Assembly (NCBI GenBank): GCA_963706025.1
Contig: CAVPLM010000019.1
Span: 1-64,000 of the forward strand
DNA length: 64,000 nucleotides
DNA from: an uncultured Actinomycetes bacterium
Lineage (GTDB): Bacteria; Actinomycetota; Thermoleophilia; RBG-16-64-13
Direction: 5' to 3'
The translations under genes were made by a program, and so were the position numbers. The notes below the pieces were generated by a model. It did no database searches and was not told the origin of the DNA. It saw only the letters and a program-made list of their open reading frames with translations. Position 1 is the first letter of the stretch; every line of letters starts with the position of its first letter. Below, piece after piece: positions 50,410 to 60,435 of this stretch.

Positions 50410-51504
50410 TCACCGCGCCGTCACAATCTCGGCGAGAAGTGCCTCCCATTCTGGTAGGACCCTGTCCCAGTCGCGAGCCTCCGCGCTCAGTCGCGCGTTT
50501 CGCGAAAGCCGTGCGGCCGTGTCCGGCTCGACAAGTATCCTGCGGATCGCCCCGGCCATGGCCTCCGGATCGGCTTGGGGAACAAGCAAAGCGTCCCGAT
50601 CGTTCTCGACCAGGTAGGGCACCCCCCCGGCGTCCGTGCTTACCACGCACAGACCGCAGGCCATCGCTTCGACGATCGTCTTCGGAGCGTTGTCGACGTT
50701 CGTGGTGTTCAGGAAGATGTCGCCCTCCTGAAGCACGAGCGGCACGTCTGTGTTGGGGACGGCCCCCCGGATGCGCACACGTCCATCGACACCCAGCCCG
50801 CGGGCCTCTTGGCGGGTCTGTTCCGCGCTCCAGTCTGCCGTGTCGGGGCCGACCATCACGAGCTCGATATCCGGAAACTCAGGGACCAGCCGCCTGACCA
50901 CCTCGAGGGCTAAGACCGGGTTATAGCGGCGTTCGAAAGCTCTTACCCACACCAGCCTGGGTTTCGCCTCGGTTATCCCGCGGTCGGGGTACCGGCTCAT
51001 GTGGATCCCGTTCGGTATCACCCGGATGTCGGGACGCACATGTAGAAACTGGCCCGCCAGGAAGGAGGACGGAGAAATCACCACTGTGGCGGCTTCGAGC
51101 ATCCGGCGGACCCGAGAAGGCCAACGCCTGGCGAAATCCGGGAGGGCTCCGGAGCGGAGGGTGATCACGAAGGGGCAGCGCAAGGCCCTGAGGCTTGCTC
51201 CGACGCCCTCTGCCCACACGAAAGCGGAGCCCGCAAACACATCAAGGTGCGCCACCCTGTAGCGGGGACGCTTGATCCAGGTGGTGGCCACCATGTCCAT
51301 CACACGCAGGCCCCGGTTCTCCACGTCGGAGGTGGTAGTAACGGACCAGCCCCGCGCGCTGAGACCGGCGGCCATGTCCTCGCACACAAAGTGGATCCCC
51401 GAGGATTTCGACAGGAAGGCGCCGGCGATCAGCACCGGCGGTTTGCCGTTCCCGTCTTCGGGATGGGCCCGAACGCCATGATCGGTATCAGCCCTGGTCA
51501 TCAC
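50410..51504 (-). CDS. Glycosyltransferase family 4
   Basis: VIPNG, DNAPKTIVEAMACG, STDAGG. Confidence 0.88.
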   Translation of the reverse strand: MMTRADTDHGVRAHPEDGNGKPPVLIAGAFLSKSSGIHFVCEDMAAGLSARGWSVTTTSDVENRGLRVMDMVATTWIKRPRYRVAHLDVFAGSAFVWAEGVGASLRALRCPFVITLRSGALPDFARRWPSRVRRMLEAATVVISPSSFLAGQFLHVRPDIRVIPNGIHMSRYPDRGITEAKPRLVWVRAFERRYNPVLALEVVRRLVPEFPDIELVMVGPDTADWSAEQTRQEARGLGVDGRVRIRGAVPNTDVPLVLQEGDIFLNTTNVDNAPKTIVEAMACGLCVVSTDAGGVPYLVENDRDALLVPQADPEAMAGAIRRILVEPDTAARLSRNARLSAEARDWDRVLPEWEALLAEIVTAR

Positions 51505-52100
51505 GGCCCATCAGGCTCGCTATCGTCTCAAGGACCACCCGCACGTCCGACCACGGAGTCCTTACCCGGAGGTAGTCCCTGTCGATGGCCAGCTTGGCCG
51601 GCATCACCTCGCGGATGTAGTGGTCCTCCCAGTCGTCGCCGGTCAGTTGGGTCTCCTCGCTTCGATAGCACAAGGAGGCAGGACTGGTTATCCCCGGCTT
51701 GGCGTCAAGGACCGCCAGTTGCTCGCGTGAATACAGGGCCACATACGACGGGTCTTCGGGACGTGGTCCCACGAGGCTCATCTCGCCCCTGAGGACGTTG
51801 AGCAATTGCGGCAACTCGTCGAGCTTCGTCCGCCGTAGCTTCCTCCCGAGAGGCGTGATCCTGGGGTCTTCGGCCGAGGTGATGGCCGGACCGACGCTCT
51901 GGGCCCCCTCGGTCATCGAGCGGAACTTGTAAAGGGTGAAGGGACGGGCGTTCCGGCCGACCCGAGTCGAGCGGAACAGCGCCGGACCGGGACTGGTGAG
52001 TCTGATCGCCACGGCAAGAGCCAGAAGGAGAGGGCGACAAGAGCAGCAGACCGATCCCCGCGCCCGCCAGGTCAAGACCACGGATGCCCGCCTGCTCGGC
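51488..52100 (-). CDS. Priming sugar transferase (Bac_transf family; frameshifted N-terminus)
   Basis: SPGPALF..RVG, YKFRSM, DPRITPLG..LRRTKLDELPQL.NVLRGEMSLVGPRPE. Start approximate. Confidence 0.88.
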
Positions 52101-52131
52101 TTGGAGGCACCGCCGGCCTGGCACTCGGAGC

Positions 52132-53321
52132 TCAGTGGCGGAAGGTGCGTACGACATCGTTCACCGCCTCGATGACATCGGTCACGTCGTCGTCGGTCAT
52201 CGCGCTGTAGATGGGCAGCGACAACTCCCGTCTGGTACTCGCGGTTGGCCACGGGGAAGTCATCCGGCTTGAAGCCGTAGGTGTCCCGGTAGTACGGGTG
52301 GAGATGCAGGGGGATGAAGTGCACGCTGGTCCCGATGTTGCGGGCCCGCAACTCCTCTACGAAACGGGCGCGGTCGATCGTGAGTCTCTCGAGGTCGAGC
52401 CTCAGCGCGTAGAGATGCCAGGCATGCTCCACCCAGGGCCGGACCGAGCGGGGTCTCCACTTGGGGCATCTCGGCGAACGCCTCCGTGTAGCGCGCAGGC
52501 GATCTCGCGCGCGCCGTCGGTTCATGGCATCGAGCCTTGGCAGCTGCGCAAGCCCCATGGCCGCCGCGATGTCGGTCAGGTTGTACTTGAAACCCGGGGC
52601 CACTATCTCGTAGTACCAGGAGCCCTCCGCCGCGTACCGGTTCCACGCGTTCTTGGTGATGCCGTGCAACGACATCAGGCGGCACCGATCGGCGAGCGCC
52701 TCGTCGTCGGTGCAGATCATGCCGCCCTCGCCCGTGGTCATGGTCTTGGTGGCGTAGAAGCTGAAGCAGGTGAGGTGGGGAGACTCGCCCAGGCCGGGCC
52801 GGCGGGAACCGATGCGTCGTGCCGCGGTAGGCGGCCGGCAGGGAGTGAGCGGCATCCTCCACCAGCGCCAGCCCGTTCGCGGCGACGATCTCGTCGAGAG
52901 CGTCCATGTCGGCCGGGTGGCCGCCGACGTGCACCGGGAGCACAGCTCTCGTGCGAGGACCGATGGCGCGCGGCGACCGCTTCCGGGTCGATGTTGAGAG
53001 TGTCGCTCTGGATGTCGACGAACCGTGGCCGGGCGCCGAAGTACCTGATGACTTCGGCCGTGGAGGCGAAGGTGTATGGAGTGGTGATGACCTCGTCCTC
53101 CGGGCCAACGCCCATCGCCTCCAGCGCCAGGTGCAGCGCCGCGGTGCAGGAGTTGACCGCCACAGCGTGCGCGGCCCCGACGCGGGCGGCGAATTCACGC
53201 TCGAACCGGTGGGTCATAGCGCCCGTGGTTATCCAGCCCGGACTCAAGGACCTCGCTCGATCAGGTCCAGCTCGGATCCGTCCAGATCCGGTCTTGAGAA
53301 AGGAAGGAAGTTGTCTCTCAC
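52132..53321 (-). CDS. DegT/DnrJ/EryC1/StrS sugar aminotransferase (several frameshifts)
   Basis: [56 protein letters not shown] spread across frames. Confidence 0.9.
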
Positions 53322-53370
53322 AGTCGTCCTCTACCCTGTCGGTCGGTCGTAGACACTCATCGCGCCACCG

Positions 53371-54493
53371 TTAGCATCGACCGGTCATCCACTTCTCTAA
53401 AACGTCCGCGACCCTCGGCCGCGGCCGCTCCGTCCCAGAGCGGTGGCACCTGCGCGACCTCGGCCTGTGTCGGACAAGGCCTCGCGGGCGGCCGCCACGA
53501 TGGCCGCGCGCGTCGGTTCCCGCTATCCGGTTGGTCCCCATCTCGACGGTAATGGGACGTCGGTGTTGTTGCGCATAGTCACGCAGGGGACACCGAGGGC
53601 GGTGGTCTCCTCCTGTATGCCGCCGGAGTCGGTCAGCACGAGCCGGGCCTTGGCCATCAGTCCCAGGAAGTCGAGATACCCCAGCGGCTCCACCAGCCGG
53701 ACCGGCGCCCAGTCGCGGCCGCCGGCCTCGCGGCCGCGCTCCCCGCGACCTCCCTCCTCGATCCTCTGGCGGGTGCGCGGATGCACGGGGAAGAGGAGGG
53801 GCAGCTCCTCGCCGATCTCCCGCAGTGCCCCGCGGAACTCCTCGAGCGAGGCAGGGTCGTCCACAGCGGCCGGCCGGTGGAGGGTCACCAGCCCGTAGCG
53901 ACCGGGCAGCAGGCCGAGCGCCTCCCAGGGCCTGCGGGCCAGCGCCGAATCCAGGTGAAGCCGAAGGCTGTCTATCATGCAGTTGCCGACCAGGTGGGTC
54001 CGGTCCGGCGGGAATGCCCTCCTTCAGGAGGTTCTCGTTCCCGCTGGGCTCGGACGTGAAGAGGAGCTCGGACAGATGATCGGTGAGGACGCGGTTGATC
54101 TCCTCCGGCATCGAGCGGTCGAACGATCTCAGCCCCGCCTCGATGTGGGCGACCGGGATGCCGAGCTTGGCCGCGGCCAGGGCGCAGGCGAGAGTGGAGT
54201 TGACGTCGCCGCCCGACGATGACCAGCCCCGGTTCGCGGTCCATGCAGACCTGTTCGAAGGCCGTCATCACCCGCGCCGTCTGCTCGGCGTGCGAGCCCG
54301 AACCGACCCCCAGGAACACGTCGGGCTGAGGCATGCGCGAGCTCTTCGAAGAACACGTCGGACATCGCCGCGTCGTAGTGCTGGCCCGTGTGGACCAGGA
54401 TCTGCGAGCAGCCCGCGCCTCTTGCAGCTCCAGAAAGACCGGGGCGATCTTCATGAAGTTGGGCCGGGCCCCCACTGCGCTGCAGATCAACAT
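53371..54493 (-). CDS. wecB: UDP-N-acetylglucosamine 2-epimerase, non-hydrolysing (several frameshifts)
   Basis: GARPNFMK, HTGQHYD, MPEEINR, TLHRP, TDSGGIQEET. Confidence 0.9.
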
Positions 54494-55727
54494 GGCCCGC
54501 CACCCCTTGGCTCCTGACTCTCCAGGTGGTCGATGAAGGCGTCGGCGATGGCCTTCCGGTCGAAACGAGCGACGGCGGCCGCCCTGCCTCGAGCCCCCAT
54601 CGCCCGGCGCTCTTCCGGATCGTTCGCCAGCCGGCGGATGGCCGCCGCCAGGGCTTCCACGTCTCCAGGAGGTACCACGACCCCGGCCCCGGCCTCGGTG
54701 AGTATGTTCTCCGCCTCGCCGCCGGTCATCAGGACCACGGGGAGTCCCGCTCCCATCGCCTCGTAGAGCTTGGAGGGAACGGCTCCGAACAGGCGCTCCT
54801 TGAGGGGGACCAGGGCGATGTCGGCGGACGCGAGCAAGCGCCGGTATCTGCTCCCGGGGCGCAGGGTCCAGGAAGCGGACGTTGTCCAATCCCGCGGCCC
54901 GGGCCTGGTCGACCAGGGCCGGCTTCTCCGGACCGTCCCCGATCAGGACGATCGAGAGGTCTCGGCAGGTCCCGCAATCTGGCCGCGGCCTCCAGCACGT
55001 GCCCCAGTCCCTGGGCGTAGCCGTGCAGGCCCGCGTAGAGGGCGATGACCGTGGCCTCTCCGGGGCGAGCTCGGCCAGCCCGGCTCGGGCTTCGTCCGAT
55101 CCGGCATCGGGCCGAAAGACGTCGGACGCCACCCCGTTCGAGAGGTGATACAGGGTGGCCTGCGGGCAGTCCCGGCCTATCTTGGCGAGGATCTCCTTGC
55201 TCTGCCCGGTCACGCACCAGGCTTTGCGGTAGCAGAAGGTCTCCAGAGAGCGCGCCATGCGCAGCGTGAATCCCTCCCCGATGGCTCCCATCTGGACGGC
55301 GCTATCGAGCCACAGATCGGAGACGTTGAAGATCCAGCGGGCCCGCTTGAGCCGGCTGAGGAGGTAGCCGGAGATGCCCAGGAAGAGCGGCGGCGACTCG
55401 GTGATGAGGTAGTCCAGCCGGGGGAGCGTGAAGGCTCCCACAAGCGCGGAGGAGAGCGGCGAAGGAGAAGTAGTTGAGGAGCCGCCTGCTCCCCAGACCC
55501 GTGGCGGGATAGACGTAGCTCCGGACCACAGACACATCGCCGGATCTCTCCCGGCGGACCAGACCCCCGTAGCCCGGGTAGATGCGCCCCTGCGGATAGT
55601 TGGGCATGGCGGTGAGCACGTAGACCTCGTGGCCGCGCTCGATGAAGTGACCGGCCAGATTGGACAGGCGCGCCTGCGGCGCGCCCATCTCGGGCGGGTA
55701 GTACTGGGTGAGGATTCCGAGTCGCAT
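54487..55727 (-). CDS. Glycosyltransferase family 4 (WbuB-like; several frameshifts)
   Basis: TQYYPPEMGA, PNYPQG, SPPLF, DLW, YAGLHGYAQGL, PSKLYEAM. Confidence 0.88.
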
Positions 55728-55752
55728 CTTCTGATACCGGGCTTTCGACCCT

Positions 55753-57061
55753 CTAGGCCTTCAACACTCTCGGGCCCCACTCCTCCTTGACCACGTTGCG
55801 GGTGTCGACCACCAGCTTCACTGCTGTGTACAGAGCAGGATCGTAGAACTCACGATGAGCCGTGGATAGGAGGACCAGGTCGTAGCGGGCGAACTCTTCC
55901 GCGGTCAGCGGTACGGAACGCATCTCAGGGTTGCCGCGGCGCCCGGGCCGGGCGGCCGGGAAGTGCGGGATCGCAGTAGGAGACGTCGGCGCCTCGCTCC
56001 CGCAAGAGCCGGATCAGCTCGTAGGAAGGCGATTCTCGGTCGTCGTCGATATCGGGTTTGTACGAGAGCCCCAGGATCAGCACCTTCGCTCCCTTGAGGC
56101 CCTTTCCCTCGTCCGAGAGCGCGGCGCCCACTTTGGAGATGACCCAGGCCGGCATGCCGGTGTTGATCTCTCCCGCGAGTTCGATGAACCGGGTCCACAC
56201 CCCGTGCTCGGCGGCCTTCCAGCTCAGGTAGAAAGGATCGAGCGGGATGCAGTGGCCGCCCAGACCCGGGCCGGGGTAGAAGGCCTGGAAGCCGAACGGT
56301 TTGGTCTTGGCGGCTTCGATGACCTCCCACACGTCGATGCCCATGTGGTCGAAGGTCAGCTTGAGCTCGTTCACGAGGGCGATGTTGACAGCACGGTAGA
56401 TGTTCTCCAGCAACTTGGAGGCCTCGGCTACCCGTGCGCTCGACACGGGCACGACCTTGTTCATGATCTCGGCGTACAACGCCGTGGCCACCTGGGTGGA
56501 CTCCGGATTGACTCCGCCGACGATCTTGGGAATGATCGCGGTGTGGAACTCCCGGTTTCCCGGATCCTCGCGCTCGGGCGAAAAGGCGAGCAAGAAGTCC
56601 TCGGGGGTGCTCAGGCCGGTGGATTCGAGGACCGGCTTGATCTCCTCGTCGGTGGTCCCCGGATAGGTCGTCGACTCGAGGATGATCAGCTGACCAGGGC
56701 GCAGATAGCAGGCGATGTCCCGGGCCGCGCCCAGGATGTAGCTGAGATCCGGCTCGCGATGCTTGCCGAGGGGAGTGGGGAGGCAGACAAGGATCGCGTC
56801 GCAGTGAGCAAGTACCGACATATCGGAGGTGGCATGGAACTCCGCGGTCCGTCCTCTCGCAGCGGCGACGCGCTCGGAGCCGATGTGGGCGATGTACGAG
56901 CGGCCCTCGCGAAGAGCCTCGACCTTGGCCGGGTCGACATCGAAAGCGATGACGGGGAAGCCCGCCTCGCTGAAGAGCAGCGATAGCGGCAGACCGACGT
57001 ACCCCTGTCCGACAACACCCACTCGGGCTTCGTGCGCCGCGATGCGCTCAGTCAGTTCCAA
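55753..57061 (-). CDS. UDP-N-acetyl-hexosamine 6-dehydrogenase (WbpA-like; frameshift near 55950)
   Basis: GQGYVGLP, CLPTP, ESTTYPGT, SPEREDPG, KLLENIYR, GGHCIPLD, YKPDIDDDRES. Tail VVDTRNVVKEEWGPRVLKA* lies in another frame. Confidence 0.92.
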
Positions 57062-57164
57062 TCGATTCTCCTCAGCCGGTGGGCTGCCCCACTACGATTG
57101 CCTCCATAAGCCTTTTCGACCGGCCTGCCGTGCCCCTTTAGCTTCCCTAAAGGAAACAGACGGG

Positions 57165-58142
57165 TCAGTCGTCCGTGTCTACCGTCCTGGCCCAGTCTCG
57201 GTTCTCCCGGTACCAGGTGCAAAGTCTGGTCACGCCTTCCTCCAGACTCACGTCGGGCCGCCAGCCCAGCAGACGCCCGGCCTTTCCGATGTTCGCCCAG
57301 GTGGCCATCACATCGGCCGCGTGCATGGGATGGCGTTCGATGCGCGCCTTGTGCCCGGTCTGCCCTTCGATGAGACGGATCACCTCGAGAAGATCGTGGG
57401 GATGATCGCTGCCCAGATTGATGGTCTCGCACCCCAGGCGCCTGAGTCCCAGGATGGTCCCCCGGGCGATGTCGTCCACGTAGGTGAAATCTCGGGATTG
57501 CGAACCATCGCCGTAGAGACGGAGAGGGCGATCTTCGTAGATCCACTGGACGAACCGGAAGAGGCTCATGTCCGGTCTGCCGGCCGGCCCGTAGACCGTG
57601 AAGTATCTGAAGATGGTTACATCGAGACCATAGAGATGGTGGTAGGTCCAGCACATCGCCTCCGCCCCTTTCTTGGAAGCGGCGTAGGGCGACAAGGGCC
57701 GATCGGTGGGGGCATCTTCGGAGAAGGGAATGGGATTGTCCGCCCCGTAGAGGCTGGATGTAGAGGCAAGGACGAATTTGCCGACTCCGTCGCGGCGACA
57801 GAGGTCCAGCAAGTTGAGGGTGCCCACTATGTTGGTGTCGACGTACACCCAGGGGTCTTCCACGCTCTGGCGTACCCCGGCCCGGGCGGCGAGGTTCACG
57901 ACCGCGTCGAACGGCCCCCACTCCCCCCACACGGTGCTGAGATCAGCGCGATCGGCGATGTCCGACCGCCGGAAGAGGTACCGGGGCCTTCCCTCGAGCC
58001 GGGCCAGGCGATAGTCCTTGAGACGAACATCGTAGGCCGGGGAGAGATTGTCGATCCCGCAGACCTCGTGGCCCTCGTCCAGAAGCAGTTCGGCCACCCG
58101 ACTTCCGATAAATCCGGCCACACCGGTCAGCAAGATACGCAT
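57165..58142 (-). CDS. NAD-dependent epimerase (UDP-glucuronate 4-epimerase-like)
   Basis: TGVAGFIG, LAARAGVRQS, YAASK, YFTVYGPAGRPDM. Confidence 0.9.
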   Translation of the reverse strand: MRILLTGVAGFIGSRVAELLLDEGHEVCGIDNLSPAYDVRLKDYRLARLEGRPRYLFRRSDIADRADLSTVWGEWGPFDAVVNLAARAGVRQSVEDPWVYVDTNIVGTLNLLDLCRRDGVGKFVLASTSSLYGADNPIPFSEDAPTDRPLSPYAASKKGAEAMCWTYHHLYGLDVTIFRYFTVYGPAGRPDMSLFRFVQWIYEDRPLRLYGDGSQSRDFTYVDDIARGTILGLRRLGCETINLGSDHPHDLLEVIRLIEGQTGHKARIERHPMHAADVMATWANIGKAGRLLGWRPDVSLEEGVTRLCTWYRENRDWARTVDTDD

Positions 58143-58458
58143 CAACGCTCCTTCGAAGTACTCTGGCTCTGGGCATCCCCGTGTCAAGATGATGATACTG
58201 GACCGGAGCGCCCTGGTGGGCCGGCCGACGGGGACGGTTGGTCTCCGCGAGACCGGCTGCCCGGCTACGGCCGCGTGCTGCCCTGCCGGGCCCTGCCGGC
58301 AAGTCAAGCGCTTGCTCATCGATCATCCGAGACCTAGGGGGAAGGTCGAGGCCACGCTTGACTTGATGGAGTTCGCCCGCCCAGAGAACTTGATGCTCGA
58401 GGAGCCTCCACCCCGGGGGTGTCGAGGCGGCTGAGGAGCAATCAGTGGGTGCAGTCGC

Positions 58459-58575
58459 TCAGAAGGCCTCGCGCTCCTTCAGCTTCTTCCACCACTCCTG
58501 ATTGCTGCGATACCACGCCACCGCCTCAGCCAGCGCTTCAGCGAACGCACGCTCCGATGCCCAGCCAGCGCCTTT
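58459..58575 (-). pseudogene. C-terminal remnant of a dTDP-glucose 4,6-dehydratase (RmlB-like) gene
   Basis: Manual translation GWASERAFAEALAEAVAWYRSNQEWWKKLKEREAF*. An in-frame stop lies a few codons upstream and no N-terminal part is present. Confidence 0.6.
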
Positions 58576-58874
58576 GCCGTGAGATCAGCGACGACGCCAT
58601 CTGGCATTCTTCGGCCCTTCACTCATAAACAACTCGACATGTTGATCGGTGACTGTCTCCCAACTGAATTTCTGTGCCGCCCGTATCTTCGCTTTAGTTG
58701 CGTTGTCGTCTGAGCGACGAGCGGGTTGTCCAAAGCGTACCGTAGGACTCGGGCCAAGTCATCCGCACTGCCCTGCTTGCTCTTCAGCGGGTTTAGCGCC
58801 AAACCGGCCCGCCAGCGGAAGCCCGAAAGGACCCGGTGTACGGGCATGACTCCACCGAGCGGTCAGATTCGATT

Positions 58875-59558
58875 ACCTTCGGGTTATGAGTGCGACGAGG
58901 CCGTTTTCTGCCGTGACGTCGGGTGCCGGTCGGTGACAATTTCCCCTGCAAATAAGTGGGTTGGCCCGACCGTCCTGACGGCTTGATAGCCCCGTTTTGA
59001 GCGGTTCGTTTGCAGAATGTTTGCAGATCCCTGGCCGGCCTTGGCAGAGTTTGATGTTGCCGATCGGGCTGTGATGGCAAACGAAATGGCCGAAGGAATA
59101 CCGCGCCTATGCTCTGTGCCAGGGTCCGATGTGGACCGGCGAGACCTTGTCTTCAGCCAACGCTCCAGTTCGGCCGCTTCGTAGCGAACACCTCCTCCCA
59201 GCTTGATGAAAACCGTTCCGCCACCTTCCCACCGCCACTTCTCCAAGGTCTTGGGGCTCAGATCCAATCTCTCGGCCGCACCGCGTGTGTCGAGATACAA
59301 GGGCCCGGCCCACTTATCAGGCACTATGGGCTTCGGCGCCGGTGATGGGGGCGACGCTGGGTAAGCACATGGTAAGCGAGGGAACAGCGGTCAGCCTTTG
59401 AACTCTGCTTGCGCTACCTTCGGGGTATGAGCGGGAAGGGGGCCGTTTGCTCCCATAACGGCGAGTGACAGCAGGTGACGATTCTCCTGTAAGTCAAGGA
59501 TTTCTCCCGACCGTCCTAACAGCCTGTGACGACCCGTTATGAGCGGCTCTTTGGCAAA
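58875..59558. repeat. Two ~140-145-bp degenerate direct repeats (about 58875-59014 and 59416-59558), each starting with a tRNA-fMet-like fragment
   Basis: Shared blocks in order: ACCTTCGGG(T/G)TATGAG, GGCCGTTT, GGTGAC, CCTG, CCCGACCGTCCT, CCCGTT(T/A)TGAGCGG. Confidence 0.8.
58884..59324 (-). CDS. Excisionase/AlpA-like helix-turn-helix protein
   Basis: YLDTRGAAERLDLSPKTLEKWRWEGGGTVFIKLGGGVRYEAAELERWL...RSTSD. The C-terminal half is probably read-through into the repeat. Confidence 0.82.
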   Translation of the reverse strand: MPDKWAGPLYLDTRGAAERLDLSPKTLEKWRWEGGGTVFIKLGGGVRYEAAELERWLKTRSRRSTSDPGTEHRRGIPSAISFAITARSATSNSAKAGQGSANILQTNRSKRGYQAVRTVGPTHLFAGEIVTDRHPTSRQKTASSHS

Positions 59559-59671
59559 CCGCGATACCCTGGGAAGAAGAGGCCGTGGGTACGTGGTCTG
59601 TCGTATCCATCTTGTCCATTAGAGATGTCTCGCTCTAACGATAGTCAGAAGACCAGCCTGTCCCGTGTAGC

Positions 59672-59702
59672 TTGACACACTCGGCCCCTCCCTCCGTATA
59701 CT
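59672..59702 (+). promoter_or_regulatory. Putative sigma70-type promoter
   Basis: TTGACA (59672) - N19 - TATACT (59697), about 70 nt upstream of the 59772 start. The spacer is long and contains C-runs. Confidence 0.5.
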
Positions 59703-59771
59703 GCAGCACAGGCGCGTCTGAGAGCAACCGGGCGACGATCCGAGCACATTGACGGGCCTGGGGAGATCACG

Positions 59772-60435
59772 GTGGAACAAACAATCACCTACTTCGAGAA
59801 GCCGGGGCCAGCCAATACCGACAGGACCCTCCGGCTGGCAGCGGAGCAGGCCAGGCTACGAGGCATCGGCAAAGTCATCCTCGCCTCTACGCGAGGCGTC
59901 ACTGCCAAGCGGGCCGCGGCACTCTTTGCCGGCACCGGCATCAGGCTGATCATCGTGCCCCACCAGTACGGCTTTACCGAGTCGCAACTTTTCCCTCCGG
60001 ATTCTGGTAGCCGCGCTGGAGCAGCCGGGCCACAAAGTCCATTTCGGCACCATGCTCTTTCACACCGACAAGTTCTACGGCTCCGGAGCGCCTGAGGCCA
60101 TGGCGATGGTCCAGCGTACCATCTGCCAGGGCATGAAAGTGTGCGTCGAGATCACGCTGATGGCGGCAGATAGCGGACATGTCACCCGCGGAGAAGAGGT
60201 CATCGCGGTATCCAGCACCCGTCGGAGGGCCGACACCGCGGTAGTCGCCATCGCGTCGACCTCCAGCAATCTCCACGACCCGCACATCACCGAGATCCTC
60301 TGCAAGCCATTGCAGACGAAGTCCTGGGCCCGGGGTACTAGTCCCTACGACCCGCCGAATCCTACCCCGTCCTCAGCGAAGAACCGTACTAGTAAGGGGA
60401 TGATTGATGACCGAATCGAGGAAGACCAGGGATAG
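59772..60435 (+). CDS. Stand-alone pyruvate kinase C-terminal (alpha/beta) domain protein (frameshift near 60000)
   Basis: ITYFEKPGPANTDRTL, VILASTRGVTA, QGMKVCVEITLMAADSG, ADTAVV, ITEILCKP. Confidence 0.8.

Noticed and set aside
58623-58847. 74-aa minus-strand ORF, possibly a glycosyltransferase tail (DDLARVLRYALDNP)
   Set aside because: The resemblance is too short to support a call without a search.
58875-58899. Possible tRNA-Met gene
   Set aside because: Only the anticodon-arm region matches; no acceptor stem, D-arm or T-arm can be built.
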